A stretch of DNA of 62,569 nucleotides, filler included, from Globobulimina sp. (taxonomy: Eukaryota), in assembly GCA_003354225.1 (NCBI GenBank). It is 42 parts of 42 records of this genome, joined end to end, with 100 filler letters (N's around TTAATTAATTAA, not from the genome) between each part and the next. Parts side by side here need not be neighbours in the genome. Positions count along the whole stretch, not along the records: positions 22,396 to 23,787 come from PIVH01017413.1; positions 23,888 to 25,279 come from PIVH01017414.1; positions 25,380 to 26,771 come from PIVH01017415.1; positions 26,872 to 28,263 come from PIVH01017416.1; positions 28,364 to 29,755 come from PIVH01017417.1; positions 29,856 to 31,247 come from PIVH01017418.1; positions 31,348 to 32,739 come from PIVH01017419.1; positions 32,840 to 34,231 come from PIVH01017420.1; 34 more parts are not named here. One strand, written 5' to 3'. Below are positions 22,736 to 35,493 of this stretch, in pieces. How positions within the stretch are numbered: position 1 is the first letter of the stretch; each line of letters opens with the position of its first letter. The notes beneath the pieces were generated by a model. It was not told where the DNA came from. It ran no database searches and saw only the letters and a program-made list of their open reading frames with translations. The position numbers and the translations under genes were made by a program.

Positions 22736-23689
22736 TTAATATTGATGTCTGTTCAGATCTGATTGATTGATATCGATATATCTCTCATAACACTTTTTCA
22801 TCAAATCAAAGCCGGCCAGTGTTCCGGCACCAGATATATTTCTAAATATGTTTACAACGCATCCTTTATACAATGATTTGGGGCCTTCACTCTTTACAAT
22901 TTGTTTAAAACAATCAATACTTCCGTTATACTTAATTATTTCCGTACTTCTCATCATCATTCTTCTCCGTATCGTATCCATTGGGTACACAACAATTCCC
23001 GCAAATGTGGTAATAGCGAAACCCAACATAAATGACATAAAAAAATGTGATGATTTATCAATATCAGCAAACAGCATTGGTTTGCTTGTATCGTACACTC
23101 CAAAATAAATTCCGCGGTAAACCATTATGGTCCAACACGACATTATAAATCCTCGATAAAAGCCAACAAATCCATCACTTTTATATGTTTGTTTATAAAC
23201 ATCCCATAAACCGTTAAATTGTCTTTTTTGCTGCGTTGAATGTGAAATAATATCATTTGCTAATCGAGTGCGTGTATAATCCAATGAATAGACCATTGTT
23301 AAAGAAAGAACGCCGGCAAAACCACCGCTTAATGTGTTTTTAGACAGCTTCATAAATGATGAGTCATTGGGGGAAATATTAAAGTTCTGTTTTATTCGTT
23401 CTTTGAACATAAAATTAAGTGCCTGACTCGGTAAATATCGCAAACAATTCGCTAAGTTGCCTCTCCAAAACGACAACACTCCTTCTTCGAATAACACACG
23501 TTTTGTACAATCAAATGATGATTTATAAGCATGGGCTAATCGCTTTGATTTGATCATTTCATTTTGATTCTGTATCAATAATTTAATTCTCTCCACTGGA
23601 GCTGCTGCAGTCTTTGCACTAATCGCTGCAATACCGCTCAATACAAAGTTCTCCAACGCACTCAAATTCTGCTCGTTTCCGTTGGGCAT
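22736..23689 (-). CDS. ANT: Mitochondrial ADP/ATP carrier, complete and intronless
   Basis: KTAAAPVERIKLLIQNQ, FWRGNLANCLRY and the RRRMMM signature. Confidence 0.95.
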   Translation of the reverse strand: MPNGNEQNLSALENFVLSGIAAISAKTAAAPVERIKLLIQNQNEMIKSKRLAHAYKSSFDCTKRVLFEEGVLSFWRGNLANCLRYLPSQALNFMFKERIKQNFNISPNDSSFMKLSKNTLSGGFAGVLSLTMVYSLDYTRTRLANDIISHSTQQKRQFNGLWDVYKQTYKSDGFVGFYRGFIMSCWTIMVYRGIYFGVYDTSKPMLFADIDKSSHFFMSFMLGFAITTFAGIVVYPMDTIRRRMMMRSTEIIKYNGSIDCFKQIVKSEGPKSLYKGCVVNIFRNISGAGTLAGFDLMKKCYERYIDINQSDLNRHQY

Positions 23690-23887
23690 TTTCACGTTAA
23701 TAGGTCAAAAAGCTTAAATAAATCTTTTTGTTCTGAAATAAATCCGACAATTTAAAAGTGTTTGATGTCAAAATTCTATCACAAACANNNNNNNNNNNNN
23801 NNNNNNNNNNNNNNNNNNNNNNNNNNNNNNNTTAATTAATTAANNNNNNNNNNNNNNNNNNNNNNNNNNNNNNNNNNNNNNNNNNNN

Positions 23888-24173
23888 GATTTGATGACAA
23901 TAAGTCGGATAAATAATAATTTGAAGATATAAATGTCAATTCTAATGATTCGAAATTGCTTAAGCGATCACACTGTGGGAATTCTAACATAATTCGTACA
24001 TCATGTAAATGTATAATATTATCATTGTTTTGAAGTTCTCGCAATAACGTCAATTCTGTCAGTATTTGTCTGGTTCTTCCGATAGAATGCTCAAACACAG
24101 AATCAAATCTTTTCTCATGTTCTGTATATATTACTTTAGTTCTGATCTTTTGGAATTGCTTGTTTCTTGCCAT
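23888..24173 (-). CDS. Divergent MAPK-like kinase N-lobe; truncated
   Basis: RQILTELTLLREL...NIIHLHDV; no Gly-rich loop visible. Confidence 0.5.
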
Positions 24174-24228
24174 TAATATTACACTGCAAACGAAAAACTC
24201 GAAAAACTAGAAATCAACGCATTTGATC

Positions 24229-25083
24229 ATGGCAAACTATTATTTATTCAGCGGTTGCGTTGTCTTCTTTTGCATTTGTCTGTCAATATACCGATACCAA
24301 CGTTATGCAACAAATGAAATTAGCAGTAATGTATTTATTGGGACAAAATGTGACTACTCTTCATACAAAAAGGACAATGCACCAAATAAATGTGGCAGAA
24401 TATTAATTGACGACTTCATTACAGATAACGAAGTAACTCAACTAAGAGATATCTTAGAAATTGCTTATTATCATTCATCGGGAGGAGGTATTGGCGGACC
24501 AACTATTTTTGATTTAATATCCGGTGCATTATCCTCAGGGACCGAATTCATTGATGGTTATAGGAAAACGCAATTTGAATATAAACAGCATAAAGAGTCA
24601 CATAAATATTTCAACAAAAATCATCTAACTGTTTTACGAGAGATTATGAATAAAATTGAACCTAAAATAAGATTTTATTTTTCTGTTCCTCAAAATAAAA
24701 AATTGTACATTACTCCGCCTACATTTTTTTCAAAAATATTTGCAAATCGCATACCAAAACAATTAAATGATGAATATTTCCATTACCATAATGATACTGT
24801 TGCCTATGAAAATTTTTGTTATACAGTGTTGATATATTTATCTGATTATGGCAAAAACAAAGATTTCCAAGGCGGAGTATTTGACTTTAAAAATGGACAA
24901 ACTGTGACACCACAAAAAGGGAAATTATTATTAATGTCATCTGGAGGCGAAAATGAACACAGAGTTATAAATGTAACGCAAGGCATACGAGAGGCGTTTA
25001 TCATGGCGTGGACGCTCGATGCAACAAAAAAAGCTGGCAAGTCTGACTTATTTTTGTCGGAAAAGGACCACTTCTTTCATTAA
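24229..25083 (+). CDS. OGFOD3: 2OG-Fe(II) oxygenase, OGFOD3-like
   Basis: N-terminal TM, GGPTIFDLISGALSSG, YFHYHND, DFQGG and ENEHRV..VTQG.R. Confidence 0.85.
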   Translation: MANYYLFSGCVVFFCICLSIYRYQRYATNEISSNVFIGTKCDYSSYKKDNAPNKCGRILIDDFITDNEVTQLRDILEIAYYHSSGGGIGGPTIFDLISGALSSGTEFIDGYRKTQFEYKQHKESHKYFNKNHLTVLREIMNKIEPKIRFYFSVPQNKKLYITPPTFFSKIFANRIPKQLNDEYFHYHNDTVAYENFCYTVLIYLSDYGKNKDFQGGVFDFKNGQTVTPQKGKLLLMSSGGENEHRVINVTQGIREAFIMAWTLDATKKAGKSDLFLSEKDHFFH

Positions 25084-25379
25084 AAACACTACATTTTTCA
25101 GTTCATCCCGCCATGTTCTAGCCTTACTCAAATCATTTAATTAAGAAAGTTTTCGATTATGATTATTGTCCCAGCAACGGTCAACATTCCTAATTTAACA
25201 TGTTTCTGAAATTGGCGATTTAAATCTTTTACAACAGGATTCATTTTGTTTTTACTCTCCAATGTTTTAACAAATGTAGNNNNNNNNNNNNNNNNNNNNN
25301 NNNNNNNNNNNNNNNNNNNNNNNTTAATTAATTAANNNNNNNNNNNNNNNNNNNNNNNNNNNNNNNNNNNNNNNNNNNN

Positions 25380-26509
25380 TGTCGGTGATTGGGACTGTGT
25401 CTGTGATGTATATCTGTTATACATTATATATCTGTCATTTTTTTGAAGTCTGATTTTTTTCTTTTTGGCCCTTTTTTTAGCGCGAAATGTAGACGTCGAC
25501 ACATGCACAGTTTCAGTATCAGGCATTGATATATTCCGCAATGGTATGGATGGTGTCGGTGTGTATGAGTTTGTGGTGGTACTCGAAAAGGATTTGGATC
25601 GTTGCGTTCTAAATATCTCATTCACCGAATTGAGATTAATTTGTTGCGACTCTGAATGTAAATGTTTACTACATTTTGTGCGCGATCCTATGCTGTGCCC
25701 TCTCCCTCGATATTTATAGCTTGGTTTCTCGCTTTGGTCCAGATGCCGGGTTGGATTGCTATGGTTTCTTGGTCGTTTTGGCTGTTTTTTGAAGCGTTTT
25801 TTATTCTTTTTATGCCGCATTCGTTTGGAGACTGTAATGGCGGACACGGACTGAGGCTTTGCTTTTGGTTTTTGTTTTTTTTTTATTTTCTTTGATGAGG
25901 AGGTAATGGTTTCGAGTGATAGCGTTGCGAATGGTTTTTTATTCTTGAATAGTTTCCTTTTCTTGGATGGTTTGGATTGTTTGTTCTCTTTTATATGGCG
26001 AAGATTGTGAGGTTTGAATGTAGCAATATTCTCCGTGGAATTAATAGAAGTTCGTTCAAGAGAGTTTCGTTTCTCTCGATTGGCGATAAATTCCGTTTTT
26101 CTTTTTTGTTTGGCACTGATTTCTTCATTCTCGATCTGGCACAATTTTGCTGATGATAATCGAGGACCGGATTGCGATCTTTTGCGAAACGCAGGAAATG
26201 GTTTGTTGTTAATTCGATTGCTGTGATATTTGTGGTTTTCATTTATATTTTTGTATACTTTGAGAATTAATTTGTCATTAACTTTGTTATATATTGCTGT
26301 TTTTTTGACATTCTTTCGTGTTGTTTTGTTTTGTTCTTTCGAGATTTCCTTTCGTCGACACTTAATTTTGTTGCAGTTAGGCGAATTGAGGAAATATAGA
26401 ATTTCTTTCGTGTTAACTGGGATGGCGAGGTAGTATTGGAAATGTTGCAAAGACCAGTATTCGATTGAGAGAGCGTTAATGAGTTTCGTTTGGTATTTTT
26501 AGCAAACAT
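25380..26509 (-). CDS. Lys/Arg/Ser-rich hypothetical protein; 5' structure uncertain
   Basis: Long basic low-complexity ORF; the ATG at 26509 is in a different frame (intron or frameshift). Confidence 0.45.
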
Positions 26510-27484
26510 GCTTTAATATATTAAGCTAGCAAAAAGAAGCAGAAAACTCGCCTTAAATAATAATTTGTTCGTGCATGCAGTCCACACTGATTTCATTATA
26601 TTTTTAATTCTGTCCATCGAAATCATGAGTTCACGCAAGAACAAACCGTCAAAACCCAAACACAACAAACGAAACAAGACTGGCGAGAACAAAGAAGAGA
26701 ATGACAACAATGACAACGCCAACGAACAGCGCACAACAATCACGTTCAAATTCCCGGGGCGGTGGGCCACCNNNNNNNNNNNNNNNNNNNNNNNNNNNNN
26801 NNNNNNNNNNNNNNNTTAATTAATTAANNNNNNNNNNNNNNNNNNNNNNNNNNNNNNNNNNNNNNNNNNNNTTATTAAAATGCTCATTATCTCCTGGTTC
26901 ATTGATAGAATAATCTAAATCTGTATATGTATATATTTGTGTGTAATATTTCAGATGCAAACTGAACAATAATGTCTAACAAAAAACAAAACTTGCGATA
27001 CATTCTAATTGCTCATCAAAATAATTATCCGTCTCCATATCATCCATATCATTCCCCGAGGGGTCAGGCGTTGCCAATGGTGGCCCCGTAGTTAACCATA
27101 CGCTCGTTCTTCGGGATTGGGTCTCCAAAGCAAACATTCTGTCTGCCATTTGAGCTGTGGTTGGTTTGTTTGTTTATGTATTTGTATTATTTGTGGATGA
27201 TAAAAATATGTTGTTAACTGTTGTTTAATTGGATTTCCAATGACATGCAATCTTGGCGCGATCGGCCTAATTCCAATTCCATGCGTTCTAACTCCATTTT
27301 CAAACTTTCTAACTCCATTTGCATTTTTTGCATCGCTTTGTGTTTTTCATATTTGTATAGAAACGAAAATTGTTTACGTATCCACTTAACGTGGAAGCCT
27401 TTTCTTTCTGTTCGAAGCCTTTTGTTTCTGTATAATATTATATGCAAATTTGATACACATTACATATTACATAATACAACAAAA

Positions 27485-27913
27485 TTACTTAACAAATAAT
27501 TTGCCGCCACCAAAAAGAAACATAACACCAACAAATTGTGATTCTCCAACAGTATCACAGAATGATGCTAATATTTCTTTTTTATTTCCTACGATAACGC
27601 CACGAATAAATTCGCTTGCTCTTGGCTCTCTTTTTAAGAAAGCTTGCCAATTTGCTATAATGTTGTTGTGGTTTGCCCACTTTATGCCAATCTTTTTAAG
27701 AGTTTGCGACATATTTCTCAATTGGTTTTTCGATTTGGTTTTACTTTTATCCAAAAGAGATTTCAAATCCAATGAGTCGATAAACTCATCAATATCTTTA
27801 TCATCATCTGCCTCACAAATTGTTGGAATTATATGTGCAAACCATACCGCTCTCTTTTCAGCGGCTGATTGTTCATTTTCATTTTGTGGGTTTGCTTTTT
27901 TTTCTGTTGCCAT
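27485..27913 (-). CDS. Hypothetical protein, probable first exon
   Basis: ATG-initiated ORF with protein-like composition. Confidence 0.5.
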   Translation of the reverse strand: MATEKKANPQNENEQSAAEKRAVWFAHIIPTICEADDDKDIDEFIDSLDLKSLLDKSKTKSKNQLRNMSQTLKKIGIKWANHNNIIANWQAFLKREPRASEFIRGVIVGNKKEILASFCDTVGESQFVGVMFLFGGGKLFVK

Positions 27914-28056
27914 GATGATGTTGTATCACTTTTTTGTCGATCAAAAACTTAAGCTCTACTCAGTTGTATGTCAACAGACGTCTCTCAAGTCTGCTAAAAT
28001 CACCTGTAAATGCTATGTGCCGATTACAGTTCAATGCACCAAGTTCTTTCCATATG

Positions 28057-28263
28057 TCATGACATCCAATATATTATTTTTAGATCCTAGTCATGACATC
28101 CAATACATTATTTTTAGATCCTTGTCATGATGTCCAATATATTATTTTTAGATCCTAGTCATGATGTCCAACATATTATTTTTAGATCCTAGTCATGATG
28201 TCCAATATATTATTTCTAGATCCTAGTCATGATGTCCAATATATTATTTTTAGATCCTAGTCA
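28057..28263. repeat. 34-bp tandem repeat (TCATGAYRTCCAATATATTATTTTTAGATCCTAG), six or more copies
   Basis: Copies start at 28057, 28091, 28125, 28159, 28193 and 28227, with no spacers. Confidence 0.95.
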
Positions 28264-29855
28264 NNNNNNNNNNNNNNNNNNNNNNNNNNNNNNNNNNNNN
28301 NNNNNNNTTAATTAATTAANNNNNNNNNNNNNNNNNNNNNNNNNNNNNNNNNNNNNNNNNNNNGCAGTGTATGGCATATAGCAAATTCATGTATATATTG
28401 ACAGATATTTATGCGTTGTTATTCCAACGAAAGGCAATTTTCAATCAATGGCAGATTAAAATGAAACCGCTGTTGCAATATATATATAAATTAGCATTTA
28501 TTTTTTATAAATTTAATGTCGGCAAATTACAGTATGACATGGATGAAAATAAAAAGAAAAATATTTGTTTTACAAAGCTGTTTAAAAGGTTTTTGATTCA
28601 TGCATTGAAAAATAAGTCATTTAAATTGAATGATATTATGAAGAAATTGGTGTATAAACAGCCGTTTATTTCGTATTTGTATCAAGAAGAGGAGTTTATG
28701 ACGGATGTGTTTTTTAGAAATATTGAGTTGAACAGTATACAACAAACGAAATTAGCAAAGAAGTTACAAACTTGTAATGTTTATTTTAATCATAATAATA
28801 ATGATGGTGGCGAATTTAAACCAAAATATAAGGAATTTATAAGGAAAACACTTGGAATTTGTAACCAATCCCATCACTCCTTGTTAATGGATGCTCCATT
28901 GTAATGAACCAATATTGTATGCACTGTCTGATTCTACATATTGTATTTGACATTTTATACAATATCTGTGAATAGAATGTGGTGCGCAATTTGAATTGGT
29001 TTGAGTGATTGACAGGATTTCTTAAATTAGACAAAAACGTCAAAAGTCGATGACTAGTTTTTTTCTTAAATTTTAAAAAACGGTGACTTATCCGTAGTGG
29101 TCCGATCATTTTAGAAATATAAAATTAAACAATGATATGTCTATTTTAGTTTAATTGCACTAAATAAAAGAGACATTATAAATATGCGATATAGAGAATC
29201 GATAGATGTATAATTATAGACTATAATGTAATATTAATTAAATATTAATTAAATATTATAGTGATCAATCATATGCTTTCATATATTGTGTTTCATCATT
29301 AATTGTGTTCTCAGTAAATGGGTTTTGTGAATTAAATATAGTTTCTTCATTAATTTGTATGATACGATGTTGATCATCGATATCTTGATAGTCTATTTTT
29401 TGATATCCCTCTGCATCTGTTCTAGCACATTTATATAAATAAATTCCATCAAATAACAAATATATTTGAAATATGATAATAACAACATCAGTACATCCAT
29501 TGACTGCAGAATTTAGATATGATTCTCGCCAGAAATCTTTGAATCCAATAAATAAAGTCACAAAACGTACGATTCCAGCTGAAAAACATGAAATTATAAT
29601 CAATAATGAGCCTATTTTCGGTTTCAGCCAAAATAACATCATAAAACTTCCAATAAATGTAAAGAAACAAAAAAAATATCCTGAAACAACTTATTAATAA
29701 TTACAACACATCCAAAATTAAAATGTTAATTTCAATTATATAATGCATTAATTTCNNNNNNNNNNNNNNNNNNNNNNNNNNNNNNNNNNNNNNNNNNNNT
29801 TAATTAATTAANNNNNNNNNNNNNNNNNNNNNNNNNNNNNNNNNNNNNNNNNNNN

Positions 29856-31247
29856 ACTTTACTATTTACAATTAGATTATTAAAAGTCGATGAATATTGA
29901 AAACGTGACTCATCATTAAACTGACCCCATTCATAAAAATGTCGATAAAAACCAATGGCATCATTCTCTTCTTGCAACATAAAATGTAATGATTGCAACT
30001 GGTATTCATGCAATTTGACATTTAATCCATGCTTAAAACTCGCATTGTTGTTCAATGCATTAATTTTATATTTATATCGACATGAAAAATCTAATAAACT
30101 CACCATTGAATAAACGTGTTTGCTTTTTTTATATTTATCCTGTATTTTGACCGCATTCGTGATATTATCTAATAATGCTTTTGAAGCACCAAACAATGCC
30201 ATTGTATATGGAATATCCACCGGAAATGATCTAAGTGCAGTATTACTGCGAACTAATTCTATTTCGCATTCCATAATAAATGTGCCTGGCTCTCCGATGG
30301 AGAGTTTTCTTTTTGCATTACGTTCAATGTGAGCTTCCCAGTTAGGATCATTCATATTTTCTCCTGTCAAAATCCGCGATAGTCTCTCTTTTTCTGCCAC
30401 AACCAGTTCATGACATTTCTGACGATAATTATGCTCTTCCTGTTCGGTACCTGGAATCCGTTGCGTTTGTTTTAATTTTGTGCAAATAAATGAGTCACAA
30501 TTTGAATCTGCATTTGCTAATTCATCAATACAATCTGTGTATAACTTGTTAACTCTTCTTTTATCTTTCAAGTGGGAGAAACGAGGCATGTTTATGAGTT
30601 TAATGTGTTTGCTTTCAATACTCATACGTAAGTCAAACAAGTCTGTGATTGAGCAATGTTTTACCTGTGAATATTCAATTTTTAATATGCCAATTAATTT
30701 TCTTTTCCAATTTAAATTCCGATCATTAATATTGATTTTATTTATATTGGGATGGATTTCATTGCAATTCTCCATCTGGCATTTATTGAAATGGTTAGGT
30801 TTGAAAACTCGGAATGAAAATGCAATTTTAACATAACTGATGAATTTGAACTATTTGATTGTGCGCTCGAGTTAGTATTATGATTATGGCTCGAATTGTT
30901 TGTGTTGCTCGAATTGTTTGTATTGTGTTGATTATTTTGAATGTTATCAAAGTTAATATTAAGTTTTCTCCGTTTATTTCTTGGCGAACTGTCATGAGTG
31001 TCTTCATCATCTCTCTCATCTAGTTTTCTTTTGCCATTTGTATGATTGCAATTATTATTATCCAGTATTTCAATATCATTGTCATCATCATTTTCAATTT
31101 TTTTGTTATTATTACGAATAAATGGTACCGGTGGTGGTGATGGAGTATTACCACCAAAATGTAAATTAATGGCTTTGTCGATATTTAAATCTGCTTTTAA
31201 TAAATAACCAAGTAATACAACATCCGGTGTATCACAAATTATTGAAT
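29856..31247 (-). CDS. SNF2-family (Rad5/HLTF/SHPRH-like) ATPase N-terminal part with UBA-like motif; probable intron near 30776-30836
   Basis: GLNVKLHEYQLQSLHFMLQEE (Q motif) and upstream LLKADLNIDKAINLHF. Confidence 0.65.
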
Positions 31248-31347
31248 NNNNNNNNNNNNNNNNNNNNNNNNNNNNNNNNNNNNNNNNNNNNTTAATTAAT
31301 TAANNNNNNNNNNNNNNNNNNNNNNNNNNNNNNNNNNNNNNNNNNNN

Positions 31348-32250
31348 ATTATGAATTCGATGGTGAATAAGTTGGTGGAGTCGACGGAGAAATTGATGGG
31401 TACATTGGGCAAGAAACAGTATCAACGCATTGCGATTGTGATTGATCGAAGATGGCGGATATTAGATAGGAAACATTGTTTGTATAATAAGTTGCGATCA
31501 GTGCATACGACGGAAGTGTATGACCATCAAATTATTAATAAGGATACATTTGATTATAAAGAGTATGAGAATGATAATGGATTGACGCATGATACGGGCT
31601 TTCAAGAATGTGATGAGAGTGTCAATGATGATGACGATGATGGTGGGCATGGATTGTTTACTAAATCGGCAAGTATTGATTTTAAAAATAAGTTATATTC
31701 GAGGTATATTAATGAGGAGCAAATTAGTGCTGACACAATGTATGTGTATCAACCAAAGACACCGCATAAATCGAGGAAGTTGAATGAATTTGGTGGCAGT
31801 TTTTGTCATGAAACATTAATGTATTTAACTAAACAGTGTATTTTGCCGAGGAAGAAGTTAACTATGCTACAATATAAAAATGATGCAAAACATAGACATA
31901 AATTTATGTATGATGAGGATGAGGAGGATGAATTTGCAGGTTTCTGTCATTTAAGTGGTGACTGTGCAGATGGATATATGTTTAATTTATCAGTACATGT
32001 TTATAATCCGTATCCAAATAATATTTGGTATAAATATAAATTAAAATGGTATTTATTCACTCAATCTGCGTCAATCAGAGTGCATCAGAATGACTTCAAT
32101 TCGTTTTGGTTTAAATATTTTGTTGATGCGGAAAAAGATATACATACATTAAATGAAAGTGAATTAAAAAAATATTTTAAATTTGATTTATTTGAAGCGG
32201 ATATTGGATTTAAAAGATGGTATCATGCCATTAAACGCACTATAAACTGA
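31348..32250 (+). CDS. Hypothetical protein, 3' part
   Basis: About 300 open codons in AT-rich DNA. Confidence 0.6.
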   Translation: MMNSMVNKLVESTEKLMGTLGKKQYQRIAIVIDRRWRILDRKHCLYNKLRSVHTTEVYDHQIINKDTFDYKEYENDNGLTHDTGFQECDESVNDDDDDGGHGLFTKSASIDFKNKLYSRYINEEQISADTMYVYQPKTPHKSRKLNEFGGSFCHETLMYLTKQCILPRKKLTMLQYKNDAKHRHKFMYDEDEEDEFAGFCHLSGDCADGYMFNLSVHVYNPYPNNIWYKYKLKWYLFTQSASIRVHQNDFNSFWFKYFVDAEKDIHTLNESELKKYFKFDLFEADIGFKRWYHAIKRTIN

Positions 32251-32839
32251 TAACATTGTTCTTTTTTCTATGTATTTGTCAAGATATTTTCTGATTGATC
32301 TAAAAAATAATTCATTCTTCGATACTTCACTAACTTGCAAAATGTATGGTATAAAACTATCAATTTATAAATTACAAAACACATAAAATTACAAAACAAC
32401 ATACATCAAATATGAATTATATATCAACAAATGATATCAAAATTGTATTGATATTTTATCATACTCTATAAATGACGATGATATCATTGAAAACCTTGGC
32501 CGTACCTTTAATAGATAGGGACTAAATGCACGTTTAAGTTTTGAATATTCAAAATTTGCTTTTGTGAACGGAATATTAATTTCCATTCCTTTCAAAAGAA
32601 TTTGATCTTGTATTGAACAGATTTCTTTATATAATGACAATAAATATTTTGAATCAACATCAATTAATTTTGGTTTTGTATTATGATCCCATTTACAATA
32701 CGATATTTTGCGTAAATTTTTCCATAATTTTTTTTTGCANNNNNNNNNNNNNNNNNNNNNNNNNNNNNNNNNNNNNNNNNNNNTTAATTAATTAANNNNN
32801 NNNNNNNNNNNNNNNNNNNNNNNNNNNNNNNNNNNNNNN

Positions 32840-32935
32840 TTAGACCTTTACAGGTCCACCATTTAGTAAATATATTAGTTACAGCTAATATATATTAGCT
32901 ACTCATATGCGTATATCTTATCGGGAACACTACTG
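32840..32935. mobile_element. Second copy of the Tc1-like terminus seen at 4480-4553
   Basis: Shared TCTTATCGGGAACACTACTG|TA end. Confidence 0.75.
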
Positions 32936-33083
32936 TATATATATATTATTAGAGGAAACAAATCCAAAACTACATATAGTTTATCCCTATGTTTCTAAAT
33001 GAACTCAACTTTTTTTTATGAGTAGCTGGATATATCAAGATATGAATAATCATATTTGTTTTGTTGTATTGTATAAATCTAAC

Positions 33084-33535
33084 TATATCCGTATATAGAA
33101 ATTTTGATCATATCTATGATATGATCACATGACTACAAATATCTGTACATAGAAATTTTGATCATATCTATATATATATGATTACATGACTACATATATC
33201 CGTACATAGAAATTTTGATCATATATATATATATATGATATGATCACATGACTACATATATGTGTACACAGAAATTTTGATCATATCTATATATATGATC
33301 ACATGACTACATATATCCGTACTATGTCATATTTACACGCAAAATATGTGTTTGATCATATTATGATCATATATCATGATCATATTGGTCATATCATGGT
33401 CATATTGGTCATATCATGGTCATATTGATCATATCATGGTCATATTGATCATGATAAAAGAAAAGTTGGTACAGTAATATTTGGTCATATCAATATTTTG
33501 GTCATAGCGTCTTCATCTTATCCGATACATCACTG
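33084..33535. repeat. Tandem arrays (~50-bp GTACATAGAAATTTTGATCATAT... units, then 20-bp CATATTGGTCATATCATGGT units) ending in a related TIR (TCTTATCCGATACATCACTG|TA)
   Basis: Repeats are directly visible; the terminus resembles 4534-4553. Confidence 0.8.
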
Positions 33536-33896
33536 TATTAGTAAATGGTATTAGTAAATGGTTATTGTCATGAATTTGAAATGTATTTTATTAGTAACGA
33601 TATCACAAGTAATTGCTTTATCCCCTAGAGGAATCTAACGAAGTGATTCAATCTAGGGTTTATAAGAGATTTCTCAATTCTAAATTAATTTTTGAAACTC
33701 CCAACCACGAAGTTCGGTGTTTTATTTAGTCACGTACGTACGTACACCAATTATGCTTTGAGTGTGTCACTAAAAAGTTTTTCACTTAAATTTTTTTTTA
33801 CCCCCTATTCATCGATTTCACCCCCCTCTATTTTCCCGAGAATTTTCCCGAATTTTCCACCAGTCGAACTTTTCGCGAACAAAGTGTAGTAAATCT

Positions 33897-34105
33897 TTTT
33901 CATGGATTATTCTCATTTTTCATGGAGAATCTCCAAAATATTATGATTTTCGATGGATTAGTGTCATTTTCATGGATTATTGTCATTTTCATGGATTATT
34001 GTCATTTTCATGTATTATTCTCAGTTTTGATCGATAATTCTCATTTTCATGGATTATTATCATTTTTCATGGATTATTTCCATTTTCATGGATTATTCTC
34101 ATTTT
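33897..34105. repeat. 20-bp tandem repeat (TTTTCATGGATTATTGTCAT), about ten degenerate copies
   Basis: Direct inspection. Confidence 0.9.
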
Positions 34106-34332
34106 GATATAAAATATTTCCAAAAAGAAAAAAATTCCTCTAGGGTTTTAGGGGCTTGTCCCCTCCTAGGTTGTTTTTAAGCAGTTTCCATACATAATAC
34201 GATATTATTCAACTTATTTGAGTATTCCATTNNNNNNNNNNNNNNNNNNNNNNNNNNNNNNNNNNNNNNNNNNNNTTAATTAATTAANNNNNNNNNNNNN
34301 NNNNNNNNNNNNNNNNNNNNNNNNNNNNNNNG

Positions 34333-35493
34333 GCACAACGTTATCATGGAATAGCGGTAGAGGGACCTACCATTCAAGCAATAAGTGCAGTGCCTGTGCC
34401 ACAACTAAGTTTAATCCAGTCAAGCAATAGACAGTATGGTACAAGTCAACCACCAGCAGCGAAAATTATTTATGGTGGTATGGAATATATATCACAAGAA
34501 CTAGCAAATCAACAGGCACAACAATATGCCAATCAAATGATAGCAAAGGCAAACCAAACACCTGGGGGGTCAAAACCAGTACCATCAGTAACTGAGTTAG
34601 ACCCACAGACTGGACAGCCTAAAATACAAATCTTAAGATTTGGAATGGATGATGTGTCTGATGATTCAATAGATGAGTCAACAAGTGATTATGACTGTCT
34701 GATGCCGTATACTCAAATGACTGAGGACCAATTAGCACAATATAAGAAATGGTCAAAATGCCAACTCAGAAAGACAAATGAGTACGCCTGTAACGGAACA
34801 TTAGTACCAATATGCACCAAAGAAATCGTACCTAAAATCGCTGGGTTTGTTAATGATGGTACAGGAGAAACATTGGAATTCGAGTTAGATATGGACATGT
34901 TTGAAGAGACTACAACAAAACAACAACAGAGACATGTAAAAGAACGGTGTGAAGCCCATACACGACCTCAAAGTAGTAACATTACTATTAAAAACGGCCA
35001 TCTTACAATCAATGAACCAAGAGAGACAACAATGACTGACGCCGATTTTAATCACTTGTGTAGAAACGTTGTTATTGAAACATATGACACGCCCTGTAAT
35101 GAACAATTAGAGGACACAACTATTGGAGTAATGAAGAGTAATGTATGTGCGGCTCCATCAGTGAAATCGAAAGTGACTCGAAAAACCAACAATAAAACTG
35201 CCAAAAGTGACAAATCTCCTGTAAGACCCAAATATGTGAAAACTCTGCAATCGAAAACTTCCAATCAAAGCTTAAGAAATAACGCCCCTAAAGTATTAAC
35301 AATTGGAAGTGACGCTCCAAACAATTCTTCTGTAAATGACGCTCCAAGATTCGACGCCCCAACATTCGACGCCCCAACATTTGACGCTCCAACAATCGAC
35401 GCTCCAAAATTTGACGCTCCAACATTCAAGCTCCTAAAATCGACGCTCCAAAAACAAAACAATCTTTTCGACATATGCCAATTGAAGAAATGA
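34333..35493 (+). CDS. Intronless hypothetical ORF with (F)DAPT pentapeptide repeats; stop overlaps the next ATG (ATGA, 35490-35493)
   Basis: 15-bp repeats at 35311-35450; a second ORF, 35490-35723, runs off the contig. Confidence 0.6.
   Translation, partial: AQRYHGIAVEGPTIQAISAVPVPQLSLIQSSNRQYGTSQPPAAKIIYGGMEYISQELANQQAQQYANQMIAKANQTPGGSKPVPSVTELDPQTGQPKIQILRFGMDDVSDDSIDESTSDYDCLMPYTQMTEDQLAQYKKWSKCQLRKTNEYACNGTLVPICTKEIVPKIAGFVNDGTGETLEFELDMDMFEETTTKQQQRHVKERCEAHTRPQSSNITIKNGHLTINEPRETTMTDADFNHLCRNVVIETYDTPCNEQLEDTTIGVMKSNVCAAPSVKSKVTRKTNNKTAKSDKSPVRPKYVKTLQSKTSNQSLRNNAPKVLTIGSDAPNNSSVNDAPRFDAPTFDAPTFDAPTIDAPKFDAPTFKLLKSTLQKQNNLFDICQLKK

Noticed and set aside
27450-28130. 226-aa plus-strand ORF and similar antisense shadow ORFs throughout
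   Set aside because: They mirror better-supported opposite-strand genes or run into tandem repeats and show no motifs.
28057-28263. 34-bp repeats as a CRISPR array
   Set aside because: Units are head-to-tail with no unique spacers, and there are no cas genes.
34140-34155. TAGGGTTTTAGGG as telomeric repeat
   Set aside because: Fewer than two full units and internal to the contig.
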